Origin: Candidatus Omnitrophota bacterium
GTDB taxonomy: Bacteria; Omnitrophota; Omnitrophia; Omnitrophales; Aquincolibacteriaceae
Direction of reading: 5' to 3'
NCBI GenBank assembly: GCA_043803685.1
Contig: JAZDJU010000061.1
Location: forward strand, 1-28,515
DNA: 28,515 bases
The notes beneath the pieces are model-generated. The model searched no databases and was not told the origin of the DNA. It saw nothing but the letters and a program-made list of their open reading frames with translations. Shown one piece after another: positions 1-8,713 of this stretch. Made by a program: the position numbers and the translations under genes. Each line of letters begins with the position of its first letter. Position 1 is the first letter of the stretch.

Positions 1-653
1 GTATTGGAGAGCCCTCGATCCAAAAGCTCTGAAACCGCCCGTTTTAAAATATGGATCGCCTCCTTAAAGATATAAGCCGCCACCAGGATCGACATGACCA
101 GGTCCCAAATGACGTTCTTGGTCCATCCGACAAGGGCCAGAGCTGCGATCACACCCACGTAAGAGACGAAATCCATGGAATAGTGCGCCTTTTCTGTCCC
201 AAGGATAAGCGACCGGTTCTTCCTGGAAAGGATCTTCAGGCGCCATGAAAGCAGGAGTGTCACGATACCTGAAAAAACGATCACCCCGATCCCCAACGGG
301 ATCTCGGAAACAAAGCTCCCATGAAGAAGACGGCGAATGGCTTCATAAACAACGAAGGAACCGCTCAACATAATAAAAAGGCTTTGGAAAAGTCCCGCAA
401 GACTTTCAACTTTGCCATGGCCATACGCGTGCTCAGCATCGGGCGGCTTCGATGCTTCCAGGAACGCGAAAAAATTCAACGCCGACATCAGCATGTCCAG
501 AGTCGAATCCAAGGCGGAGGCCATGATCGCCATGGAATGCGTCGCGAGCCCTGTCGAGAATTTCACGAGAGTCAAGCACAGCGCCGCCCCGACGGACAGA
601 ACGATGGCTTGCCTTGCCTGCTTCATGTATTGCTTCATCTCTTCAGTGGTCAT
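1..653 (-). CDS. fieF: Cation diffusion facilitator (CDF) transporter, FieF/YiiP-like; 3' end runs off the window
   Basis: Not in the ORF track because it has no stop in the window. Manual translation from ATG at 653: MTTEEMKQYMKQARQAIVLSVGAALCLTLVKFSTGLATHSMAIMASALDSTLDMLMS...KPPDAEHAYGHGKVESLAGLFQS...EKAHYSMD...ELLDRG. Shows the CDF signature (SxAxxAxAxDSxxD, PPDxxHxYGHGKxE) and DxxxD/HxxxD metal site A. SD-like GAAGGGA upstream. Confidence 0.88.
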   Translation of the reverse strand, partial: MTTEEMKQYMKQARQAIVLSVGAALCLTLVKFSTGLATHSMAIMASALDSTLDMLMSALNFFAFLEASKPPDAEHAYGHGKVESLAGLFQSLFIMLSGSFVVYEAIRRLLHGSFVSEIPLGIGVIVFSGIVTLLLSWRLKILSRKNRSLILGTEKAHYSMDFVSYVGVIAALALVGWTKNVIWDLVMSILVAAYIFKEAIHILKRAVSELLDRGLSN

Positions 654-730
654 GACATCCCTTCGTAAAAAAGCTCCGAGATCGCCTGATCTAAAATTTA
701 TTATCGACCGCTTCTGCCTCGACCCGACCC

Positions 731-2503
731 CTAAAGTTTTCTTTTGAACTGCTTTTCAAGGTCCGCCAATGAGTACTTCATGATACTGGGACGCCCATGC
801 GGGCAATTGAACGGATTCTTGCAGCGCGCCAATTGTTCTAAAAGACCCTGCATCCCCGGTAACGTCAACGGATCCGCGGCTTTCACGGACTTCCGTTTGC
901 AAGCGATCATGGCGGCCACATCCTCCTGAGCGCCTTTGAGCCCTGTCTGCGTCCTCCCCGTCTCTTCTTCGTCGACAAATTGTTTGAGGATCGCCACCGG
1001 GCTCTCGTCCTCGAAAATAGCCGGAACGCCGCGCACCACAAAAGCCCTCTCGCCGAATAACTCTATTTCAAATCCGATCCGGATAAGAAAAGGCAGTTTT
1101 TTCTTTAAGATCTCCACTTGCCGCGGATGCAGTTCCAGGACTTCTTCAATCAAAAGCCCCTGACTCGCTGGCCGCTCCGCCTCAAAATTCTTCATGAGAG
1201 CCTCGAACATCACCCGCTCGTGCGCCGCGTGCTGATCCACGATCACGTATCCTTCTTCCGTTTCCGCCAGGATATAAGTGCGATGGACCTGCCCGAGCAC
1301 GCGCGTGACCTTGAGCCCCTTACCGATCTCAAACGGCTGAAAAGAATCCACTTGCCGTGTCACCCCATCGCCCGCCACAGCCTCCGCGACCTTGAAGGAC
1401 ATTTCGGGAGAAGCCACACGCTCCTCGAATTTAAAACTCGATTCCTGGGATCGGGCTCCTTGAAAAGAGGAGGAAGGTCCCGGAACCTTGTCACGAAAAG
1501 ACGGCGCGAGATCTCCATCCTTTTCAAGCGCCGCGGCCACGGTCTTTTCGATCATGGATTTGATCATGGCTTCATGCGAAAGCCGGACCTGCTGTTTCGT
1601 CGGATGAACGTTCACATCCACATACTGCGGATTCAACTCGAGAAAAAGGATCGCCGCGGGAAACTGGTTCTGCATCAGAAATCCGTGATACCCCGCCTGA
1701 AGCCCGTAGCTCAGGCCATAGGCCTTGACCCACCGGCGATTGATAAAGAGAAATTGTTGGGCCCGGTTCCCCGAGGCGAGCGAAGGCTTTCCGATAAGTC
1801 CTGAAAGTTTTGCGTGCGGTGTTTCGTTCTGGATCGACAAAGTTTGTTTTGCCCAGGCATCCCCTAAAATAGCCGCCGCCCGGACCGAAAGGTCCGTGGT
1901 CGGCACGAGGTCGAGGACTTTTTTACCTCCGGAGCGAAGAACGAACCGGACCTGAAGGTTCGCCAGAGCCAGACAGGTCACAATATCCAGGATATGTCCG
2001 AACTCGGTGGTATCTTGCTTCAGGAATTTCCGGCGGGCTGGAGTATTAAAGAAAAGGTCACGGACTTCGATCACGGTCCCCGCGGCCGCGGGACATTCCT
2101 TGGCCTTAATGAGATTTCCGCCTTCAATCACGAGCTCCGTGCCAGAGGAAGCATCCGCTGTTCGTGTCTGGAGAGAAAAACGCGACACCGCGGCAATGCT
2201 CGGCAAAGCCTCGCCCCGGAACCCAAAGCTCGCGATGTGATCCAGATCCTCGGCCTTTTCGATCTTGCTCGTCGCGTGCCTCTGGATCGCCAGTTGAGCG
2301 TCCCCTGCTGTCATTCCAAAACCGTTATCGGCCACGCGGATCAGACTCTTGCCGCCATGCCGGATCTCGATCTCGATCTGGTCAGCGCCCGCGTCCAGAG
2401 AATTCTCGACCAATTCCTTCACGATGGAAGCCGGCCTTTCGACCACCTCGCCTGCCGCGATCTTGTTGGCCACATGCTCGGACAATACGTGTATTTTACC
2501 CAT
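731..2503 (-). CDS. mutL: DNA mismatch repair endonuclease MutL
   Basis: GHKL ATPase motifs (KIAAGEVVERPASIVKELVENSLDAG, GFRGEAL), endonuclease motif DQHAAHERVMFE, ACK and CPHGRP. Start moved from 2590 to the ATG at 2503 (or 2506), which follows AGGAG. Confidence 0.97.
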   Translation of the reverse strand: MGKIHVLSEHVANKIAAGEVVERPASIVKELVENSLDAGADQIEIEIRHGGKSLIRVADNGFGMTAGDAQLAIQRHATSKIEKAEDLDHIASFGFRGEALPSIAAVSRFSLQTRTADASSGTELVIEGGNLIKAKECPAAAGTVIEVRDLFFNTPARRKFLKQDTTEFGHILDIVTCLALANLQVRFVLRSGGKKVLDLVPTTDLSVRAAAILGDAWAKQTLSIQNETPHAKLSGLIGKPSLASGNRAQQFLFINRRWVKAYGLSYGLQAGYHGFLMQNQFPAAILFLELNPQYVDVNVHPTKQQVRLSHEAMIKSMIEKTVAAALEKDGDLAPSFRDKVPGPSSSFQGARSQESSFKFEERVASPEMSFKVAEAVAGDGVTRQVDSFQPFEIGKGLKVTRVLGQVHRTYILAETEEGYVIVDQHAAHERVMFEALMKNFEAERPASQGLLIEEVLELHPRQVEILKKKLPFLIRIGFEIELFGERAFVVRGVPAIFEDESPVAILKQFVDEEETGRTQTGLKGAQEDVAAMIACKRKSVKAADPLTLPGMQGLLEQLARCKNPFNCPHGRPSIMKYSLADLEKQFKRKL

Positions 2504-2517
2504 CATAACTCCTGGGA

Positions 2518-2572
2518 AACGGTTAACGGGGAACGGCAAACGTTCGTTCAGCGTTCCCCGCTCAACGTTCCA
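2518..2572. repeat. Inverted array of degenerate heptamers: (AACGNNN)x4 followed by (CGYTNNN)x4
   Basis: aacggtt-aacgggg-aacggca-aacgttc, then cgttcag-cgttccc-cgctcaa-cgttcca. Overlaps the last codons of mutS and fills the mutS-mutL gap. Confidence 0.75.
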
Positions 2573-5217
2573 CTGATTTTCTTTTTCCACTCCGATATTT
2601 TTTGTAACGCCTCCATTGGCGTCAGGCGATCCACATCCAGTTTTTTCAATGCTTCTTCGAACGCGTTCGGCTCCGCTCGGGCAATATCAAAAAGCGTAGG
2701 CCCTGTCTGGGCGGTCTTTTTGGAGCTTCCGGTCTTTTTAGCCTCAATGATCTGGGTCGCTTCGGTATTTTCGCTTTCAAGAACTGCCAGGATCTGCTTC
2801 GCGCGCAGGGTCACTTCTTTAGGGATCCCCGCGAGTTCCGCCACATGGATCCCGTAACTCCGTTCCGACGCTCCCCGGGCGACCTTGCGCAGGAACAGGA
2901 TCCCTTCCGAAGTTTCCTTGACCGTCATCTTGTAATTCTTGATCCCCGGAAAATGATCCTCCAGTTGCGTCAGCTCATGATAATGCGTCGCGAAAAGCGT
3001 GCGAGGCCGCGCCTTCCCCTGCGCCAGATACTCACAGACCGCCCAGGCAATACTCACTCCGTCAAAGGTCGACGTCCCGCGCCCCACTTCATCCAGGATC
3101 AGAAGGCTCCGGTCCGTCGCATCCTGCAAGATATGCGCCGTTTCAAGCATCTCCACCATGAACGTACTTTCCCCGCGGGCCAGATCGTCCGAAGCCCCAA
3201 TGCGCGTAAAGATCCGGTCCACCCACCCCACATGCGCGGACTTGGCGGGAACGAACGAGCCTATTTGTGCCAACAGCACGATGTGCGCCGTCTGACGGAT
3301 ATAGGTCGATTTCCCAGCCATGTTCGGCCCGGTGAGTACGACCAACTGGTTCTTGTCGTTATCGAGCAATCCGTCATTCTCGACGAATTTTCCCGCCGAA
3401 AGCATGCTTTCCACTACCGGATGCCGCCCCCCGTGAATGGACAGGACCCTGTCGTCGCTCACTTCCGGCCGCACCCATTTCTTTTCCAAAGCGGTCCTTG
3501 AAAGCGACATCAAAGCATCCAGCGTCCCTATGGCTTTCGCCATACTCTGAAGCGGCGCTAGATCCTCCAGCACCTTCGCGCGAATTTCCAGGAAGATCTG
3601 GTATTCCAGCATCTTGATCTTGTCCTGGGCGCCGGAGATCTTTTCATCCCATTCCTTGAGCTCCGGCACGATAAACCTTTCGGCATTCGCGAGCGTCTGG
3701 CGGCGGATGTAATTGTCCGGGACCTGATTCAGATAAGAACGGCTCACCTCAAGCGTATAGCCGAACACGCCCGAATATTTCACCTTGAGCGACTTGATCC
3801 CTGTACGCTCGATCTCGCGCTGCTGGAATTCCAGGATCCATTGCTTCCCCTTTTGGGAAATATTGCGCAGATCATCCAACTCCTCAGAATAACCATCACG
3901 GATCAGACCGCCGTCTTTGACGACAAGCGGCGGTTCCTCCACGATCGAACGGGCGACCAGCTCGCTCAAGCGAGGGAACGGCTGAACTTGTTTTTGAAGA
4001 TCGCGGATCAGATCCGCATCGAACGCTCCCAGTATATTGCGGATCTCCGGAACACGGTCGAGAAATGCTTTTAGATTCACGAGGTCCCGGGCATTCGCCA
4101 CACCGTAATTCAACCGGCTCAGGGTGCGCTCCATGTCCTTCACGCCCTTGAGAAGCCGCGCAATATTCTCCGTCTGATGAAGTTCCTTGATGAGTTCCAT
4201 CACCGACTCCTGCCGCCGGTGGATCTCAGCGATATCCAGGAGCGGGTGCGTGATCCAATGATAAAGGTGCCTCGAGCCCATCGCCGTGAGCGTCCGGTCC
4301 ACGACCGAAAGAAGCGTCCCGAAATCCTTGCGCCCACTCTGAGAGGCCACGAGCTCCAAACTGCGCTGGGCCTGACGATCGAGCACCATGAATTGAGCAG
4401 CATTAAAGAGCCTCGGCTTTTGGACATGCTCCAGAGCGCTGTGAAAATGATCTTTAAGATAATACAAAATAGCACCACAGGCGCCGACTGCAAGCGGATG
4501 ATCGTGGAATGGAATTCCCTGCGCCGACCCCAGATTAAAAGTCTCCAGAAGAAGCCGCATGGAATCCTCAGGCTCGAAGATCCAGTCATCGTAGACTGTA
4601 AGCGCGGCCTTGAGGTTCTCTTTGATAAAAGTGGTGAGACCCTCCCGGGCCTCCAAGGTTTTTGAGATAACAACTTCGCGCGGCCAAAGAAGCGTCAACT
4701 CATCGAGCAACCGTTCCTGCGCGATCTCACGGACATAGAATTCCCCGGTGCTCAGCTCCAGATAAGCCAGGACCGCGGAATCCTTCCCTGCCAGGATCGC
4801 CGCCATGTACTGAAGATTCTTCTCCGGCGTTTCATCATCGAGGTAGGTCGCCGGCGTGATAATGCGCGTGACCCGGCGCTCCACGAGGCCCTTGGCCTGC
4901 GCGGGATCGCCCATCTGTTCACAAATGGCGACTTTAAGATTGTGATCCAGAAGTGTCCTGACGTAACTCTGAAAGGCATGATGAGGAAAACCACACATCG
5001 GAACCCGGCCGGCTTCCCCGCCTTCGCGTCCGGTGAGCGTGATATTCAGAATATCCGAGGATCGGACCGCGTCCTCAAAGAACATTTCGTAGAAATCCCC
5101 AAGCCGAAAGAAGAGAACCGTGTCTGGAGGTAGGGTCTTCTTGATGGAACGGTATTGTTCCATCATGGGCGTCAGTTTCGCCTGGGCGTCAAGATTTGTC
5201 GGATCGGTCTGGGTCAA
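2548..5217 (-). CDS. mutS: DNA mismatch repair protein MutS (MutS1)
   Basis: TPMMEQY and FFRLGDFYEMF mismatch-binding motif, Walker A TGPNMAGKST, STFMVEM, ILDEVGRGTST, FATHYHEL, SYGIHVA. TTG start preceded by GGGAG. Confidence 0.98.
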   Translation of the reverse strand: MTQTDPTNLDAQAKLTPMMEQYRSIKKTLPPDTVLFFRLGDFYEMFFEDAVRSSDILNITLTGREGGEAGRVPMCGFPHHAFQSYVRTLLDHNLKVAICEQMGDPAQAKGLVERRVTRIITPATYLDDETPEKNLQYMAAILAGKDSAVLAYLELSTGEFYVREIAQERLLDELTLLWPREVVISKTLEAREGLTTFIKENLKAALTVYDDWIFEPEDSMRLLLETFNLGSAQGIPFHDHPLAVGACGAILYYLKDHFHSALEHVQKPRLFNAAQFMVLDRQAQRSLELVASQSGRKDFGTLLSVVDRTLTAMGSRHLYHWITHPLLDIAEIHRRQESVMELIKELHQTENIARLLKGVKDMERTLSRLNYGVANARDLVNLKAFLDRVPEIRNILGAFDADLIRDLQKQVQPFPRLSELVARSIVEEPPLVVKDGGLIRDGYSEELDDLRNISQKGKQWILEFQQREIERTGIKSLKVKYSGVFGYTLEVSRSYLNQVPDNYIRRQTLANAERFIVPELKEWDEKISGAQDKIKMLEYQIFLEIRAKVLEDLAPLQSMAKAIGTLDALMSLSRTALEKKWVRPEVSDDRVLSIHGGRHPVVESMLSAGKFVENDGLLDNDKNQLVVLTGPNMAGKSTYIRQTAHIVLLAQIGSFVPAKSAHVGWVDRIFTRIGASDDLARGESTFMVEMLETAHILQDATDRSLLILDEVGRGTSTFDGVSIAWAVCEYLAQGKARPRTLFATHYHELTQLEDHFPGIKNYKMTVKETSEGILFLRKVARGASERSYGIHVAELAGIPKEVTLRAKQILAVLESENTEATQIIEAKKTGSSKKTAQTGPTLFDIARAEPNAFEEALKKLDVDRLTPMEALQKISEWKKKISGTLSGER

Positions 5218-5341
5218 AGGCCACTCCCGGGTAGATTAATTTTCGTAGTATACCCAATCCCCCTCTATACCCAAAGGGGTTTCAGCCGAAGGGCCAATTC
5301 TATGAGAAGGTTAAAAGAGGCGGGAAAAGGCTTCCAAAAAC

Positions 5342-5854
5342 TTAATCCATCAACTGCCCGTTGATCTTGACGCGCATACGGCGAACGCCCCAGTGCGTGG
5401 CGGCCTTGTGTCCTCCACGCGAGTCAGGAAAGAAAATATCGATATGCCGCCCACGGATCTTGCCCCCACGGTCCTCAACAGTAAACTCACGTTTCCCGCC
5501 AAGAAAATGATACGTCGCGTACCAATCACGCGGCGTGACCGGAACCAGTTCCAGACTGGAGCCGAGAGGGACCGAACGATCGGCCGCCACACCTCCCCAG
5601 TAGACCGGACGACGGCTGGCAAACTTGCCGTCCCGGAACGCCGGAACGTTAATGCAGATCGGACAATTGCAATAGGCCGTGATCAAATACTCATGGCGTT
5701 TCCAAAAGAGATCGTAGGTTTTCCAGGCTCCGGCCATGAAAACCGCCATGATCAGGATCCAAAAACCCGTGCGGATATTCCTGTTCTTCTGACGCCACAT
5801 TTTTCCGTCGTCAACCCTGCCCGGACCGTTCAAGAAAATCGGTTCTTCGCTCAT
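5342..5854 (-). CDS. Membrane-anchored 3D-domain protein (putative lytic transglycosylase / peptidoglycan-remodelling protein)
   Basis: One N-terminal TM helix, then ITAYCNCPIC, VAADRSVPLGS and VEDRGGKIRGRHIDIF, matching the three-Asp 3D pattern. ATGA overlap with the upstream MFS gene. Confidence 0.8.
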   Translation of the reverse strand: MSEEPIFLNGPGRVDDGKMWRQKNRNIRTGFWILIMAVFMAGAWKTYDLFWKRHEYLITAYCNCPICINVPAFRDGKFASRRPVYWGGVAADRSVPLGSSLELVPVTPRDWYATYHFLGGKREFTVEDRGGKIRGRHIDIFFPDSRGGHKAATHWGVRRMRVKINGQLMD

Positions 5855-7116
5855 GTTCCCTCCCGAGAAACTGCTTCTTCCTGGACCACCGTTCCGACCG
5901 GAAGATGAGGGATCAGAAAGATCACGAACAAGGAAAATGCGGCGGAGATCAGGATCAGCGGCTCAAGACCGATCCGGGAAAAAAGATAGCCGCCGAGAGC
6001 GCTCGATCCCATCTGGCCCAAATTATAAAAGGACATCAATAGGGCAAAGACCGTCCCACCGGCATACTGGGGCGAAGTTCGGGCCGCGAGGTTGAGAAGC
6101 GCCAGGAAGATCACAGCGCTAGCAGCGCCCAGGAAAAAATTCATCGTAAGCGCGAAACTTTTGAGAAGAGCCGGATGTGCGACCATCCATGGAACGAAAT
6201 AGACGAAGTAGGAAAGCGTCGCGAATACTCCGACAGCGATCGCTATCAGCAGGAATTTCCGGATCGGGAACTTGGCGAAGGCAAGACCAAAGAGCACGCT
6301 CCCCAAAAGACCTCCCACGCTCGTCACCGCCTGGAGAATACCAAGAAACGAAGGGGTGAACTTCAACGTATCCACAGTGTAATAGAAAAAGGGAGCCCCG
6401 AAGGAAGGCGAAAAATTCCACAGAAAAAGAAAAATCGCGAGGACCCAGATGTCCTTATGAAAGAAAATCTCCCGCAACCCACGCTTTGCCGCTTGTTCAA
6501 GGTGGGCCGAAGGACGCTCCCGGACCAGGAAAAGAACAATGAGCGCTGTCAGCGCAGGAAAAACGGCAGTCATCCCGAAAATGCTCTTGTAGGATAAAGC
6601 GCCTTTCTGCGCAAGTTCCGCGACAAAACCACCGGCGAATGACGTAATGATCATGGCAATATAAACAGCCGTCCATTGGATCGACTGAAATTGGCCGGTC
6701 ATATCGAGCGATTGCCCGGTTTCGACCATCAGACCGTCGGACACCACATCCTGGAACGCGTAAGCCATGTAGATCAAGGTGAGAAGCATCAAGAGCGACG
6801 ATGCCACGGCGGGATCGGGCAGAAAAGCAAGAACAAGCCAGCACGCCATCGCGAAAAGTGAGGTCAGAAGCAGGTAAGACTTACGACGGGAGCCAAAGAT
6901 CGGAAAAAGGTCGGAGATCATCCCCCAGAGCGGCTTGATCACCCAAGCGATCAGCGTCACGGCCTGAAAATAGGCAAGCTGCGACGGAGTGAGTCCGGCT
7001 TTGTCCTTCAGGAGAAAATTGATAGCCAGTCCCGGCAAAGCCCCGAGACCGTTCATGGAAAAGAAATAAACAGCGGCAAAGACGACCGCCAAAGGGAGCC
7101 AGCCGGATTTTTTCAT
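5851..7116 (-). CDS. MFS transporter, BT1 folate/biopterin transporter family-like
   Basis: About 12 hydrophobic segments; WVIKPLWGMISDLFPIFGSRRKSY and AFQDVVSDGLMVE resemble BT1-family signatures. Confidence 0.8.
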   Translation of the reverse strand: MKKSGWLPLAVVFAAVYFFSMNGLGALPGLAINFLLKDKAGLTPSQLAYFQAVTLIAWVIKPLWGMISDLFPIFGSRRKSYLLLTSLFAMACWLVLAFLPDPAVASSLLMLLTLIYMAYAFQDVVSDGLMVETGQSLDMTGQFQSIQWTAVYIAMIITSFAGGFVAELAQKGALSYKSIFGMTAVFPALTALIVLFLVRERPSAHLEQAAKRGLREIFFHKDIWVLAIFLFLWNFSPSFGAPFFYYTVDTLKFTPSFLGILQAVTSVGGLLGSVLFGLAFAKFPIRKFLLIAIAVGVFATLSYFVYFVPWMVAHPALLKSFALTMNFFLGAASAVIFLALLNLAARTSPQYAGGTVFALLMSFYNLGQMGSSALGGYLFSRIGLEPLILISAAFSLFVIFLIPHLPVGTVVQEEAVSREGT

Positions 7117-7168
7117 GGACGGGATTTTAGCATGGGCTAAAAAAAAAGATATGCTATATTACCGTCCA
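7116..7168. promoter_or_regulatory. Symmetric divergent promoter with two back-to-back extended -10 elements
   Basis: Minus strand reads TGC-TAAAAT-7 nt-ATG (MFS gene); plus strand reads TGC-TATATT. The arms 7116-7133 and 7151-7168 form an 18-bp inverted repeat matching at 15 of 18 positions. Confidence 0.6.
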
Positions 7169-7281
7169 AGTCTTTATTTCTTTTCATTCATGGTGCCTTG
7201 GGCGGCACGGATTACCTTTGTTTTTCAAATCAAGGAGAATCAGTGCCGCTTTGTTGAAATGGATACGCATTGGGACCGCTC

Positions 7282-7965
7282 ATGAAAAAACTTCTTCTTT
7301 TCGATATCGACGGGACGTTGTTGCTCACCGGGGGCACCGGCAAGGTCGCCCTTGAAGAGGCCTTTGAGGAACTCTTCGAGATCCCGAACGTCTGGGGCAA
7401 CTTGGATCCTCACGGCAAGACGGACCCTGCCATTTTTGATGAAATTGCCAAGCGCGAGCTCGGTCGCCTGCTCTCCCCCGGGGAGTTCGAACTTCTCATG
7501 GAACGCTATGAAGAACTCTTTGAGGAACGGATCCTGGAGGCTCCGCATTTTAAGCTCATGCCCGGCGTCGTCGAGATCCTCGAGCACCTCTCCCGTGATC
7601 CAAATGTTTTCCTCTCCCTTGGGACGGGCAACTTTGAAAGAGCGGGGCGACTCAAGCTCAAGCGCGGCGCGATCGAACACTATTTTGTAACGGGCGGCTT
7701 CGGGAATGACGCGCGGGAGCGCGACAAGATCCTCCTCTCGGCCGTGGCCTATTCAGAAGAACACGCCCGGGAACACTTTGGAAAGGACAGGATCTTCGTG
7801 ATCGGAGATACCGAGTACGACATCGCGGCCGCTAAAAAAGCCGGCCTCCGGAGCATTGCGGTGCTCACGAACGGGAGGACCCGGGAACATTTCAAAAAAG
7901 ATCCGCCTGACCACATCCTCGAAGACTTGTCGGATATTCAGGCTTTTCTCGCCTGCCTCCAGTAA
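7282..7965 (+). CDS. HAD-superfamily hydrolase (phosphoglycolate phosphatase-like)
   Basis: Motif I LFDIDGTL, motif II TGN and motif IV IGDTEYD. ATG at 7282 (MKKLLLFD) preferred over TTG at 7270. Confidence 0.88.
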   Translation: MKKLLLFDIDGTLLLTGGTGKVALEEAFEELFEIPNVWGNLDPHGKTDPAIFDEIAKRELGRLLSPGEFELLMERYEELFEERILEAPHFKLMPGVVEILEHLSRDPNVFLSLGTGNFERAGRLKLKRGAIEHYFVTGGFGNDARERDKILLSAVAYSEEHAREHFGKDRIFVIGDTEYDIAAAKKAGLRSIAVLTNGRTREHFKKDPPDHILEDLSDIQAFLACLQ

Positions 7966-7970
7966 TCTTC

Positions 7971-7993
7971 ATAAAGGGGTCTGACCCCTTTAT
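7971..7993. repeat. Perfect hairpin ATAAAGGGGT-CTG-ACCCCTTTAT (REP-like; possible bidirectional terminator)
   Basis: 10-bp stem with a CTG loop, lying between the convergent HAD and radC stop codons. Confidence 0.75.
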
Positions 7994-7999
7994 TAGAAT

Positions 8000-8680
8000 T
8001 TAAAGTGAATTGCGTTCGGAAAAGCTGAAATACTGGTTTTCACCGATGATGATATGGTCCAGCACACGGATCGAAACTGTCTGGCAGGCGGCCTTGATCT
8101 TTTGGGTGATCTCGTAATCCTCACGACTCGGCTCGACCTTTCCCGAAGGATGATTATGGACAAGAACAAGGCTTGAAGCGTGAAATTCGAGCGCGGCCTT
8201 GACGATCTCGCGCGGATGGACCGCGGCCTCATCAATGGTCCCGTAGAAAAGGTCCCGCTCCCCGATGATACGGAGCGCCTTGTCCAGAAAGAGGACTTTA
8301 AAGATCTCGCGCTTCTGGTCCCGGAGCGCGGCGGTAAGATAGTCGGTCACGGCTTGCGGACTTCGGACAAAATTTTGGCCGATCATTTTCTCCCGAAGCT
8401 GACGAAGCCCGATCTCCCGGACCGCGGCGAGCATGCAGATCCTGGCTGCCCCGAGACCTTTGGTTTTCCTGAAAGAACCCGGTGGCTCGGCTAAAATCCC
8501 CCGTAAACCGCCGAATTGGAGAAGAAGATCTCTGGAAAAACTTACCACGTCCTGCCCACGCGTTCCCTGTCCAAAAAGAATGGCCAGAAGCTCGGCATCT
8601 GAGAGCGAGCCACTCCCCTTTTGAAGGAGTTTTTCCCTCGGTCTTTCACCCTCCGGCCATTTTCGAATACTATGGATCAT
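8000..8680 (-). CDS. radC: RadC family protein (JAB/MPN domain, UPF0758)
   Basis: ERPREKL, LSDAELLAIL, HhH-like KGLG, VHPREI, HNHPSG...PSRED and VLDHIIIG. Confidence 0.95.
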   Translation of the reverse strand: MIHSIRKWPEGERPREKLLQKGSGSLSDAELLAILFGQGTRGQDVVSFSRDLLLQFGGLRGILAEPPGSFRKTKGLGAARICMLAAVREIGLRQLREKMIGQNFVRSPQAVTDYLTAALRDQKREIFKVLFLDKALRIIGERDLFYGTIDEAAVHPREIVKAALEFHASSLVLVHNHPSGKVEPSREDYEITQKIKAACQTVSIRVLDHIIIGENQYFSFSERNSL

Positions 8681-8685
8681 GCCCC

Positions 8686-8713
8686 ATCATAGCCAAGGAC
8701 CTTCCCATGTCAA
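8686..8713 (-). promoter_or_regulatory. Sigma70-type promoter for radC, probably giving a leaderless transcript
   Basis: Minus strand reads TTGACA-16 nt-TATGAT-GGGGC-ATG; no room for a Shine-Dalgarno sequence. Confidence 0.65.

Noticed and set aside
51..747. Short ORFs listed at the left edge
   Set aside because: The region is explained by the edge-truncated minus-strand CDF gene.
2504..2590. N-terminal extensions in the ORF track for mutL, tsaE (11050) and M50 (13737)
   Set aside because: They overlap upstream genes; downstream ATGs fit the SD or coupling pattern and the family N-termini.
5247..5275. Direct repeat TATACCCAA x2 upstream of mutS
   Set aside because: Only 9 nt and two copies; may be part of a promoter (TATACT on minus) but too weak to call an operator.
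7252..7257. Selenocysteine readthrough at the TGT-TGA in frame with the HAD gene
   Set aside because: No convincing SECIS hairpin downstream, and the HAD domain is complete from ATG 7282.
8000..8680. radC as a marker of a mobile element
   Set aside because: Full-length chromosomal type, with no integrase or other mobility genes nearby.
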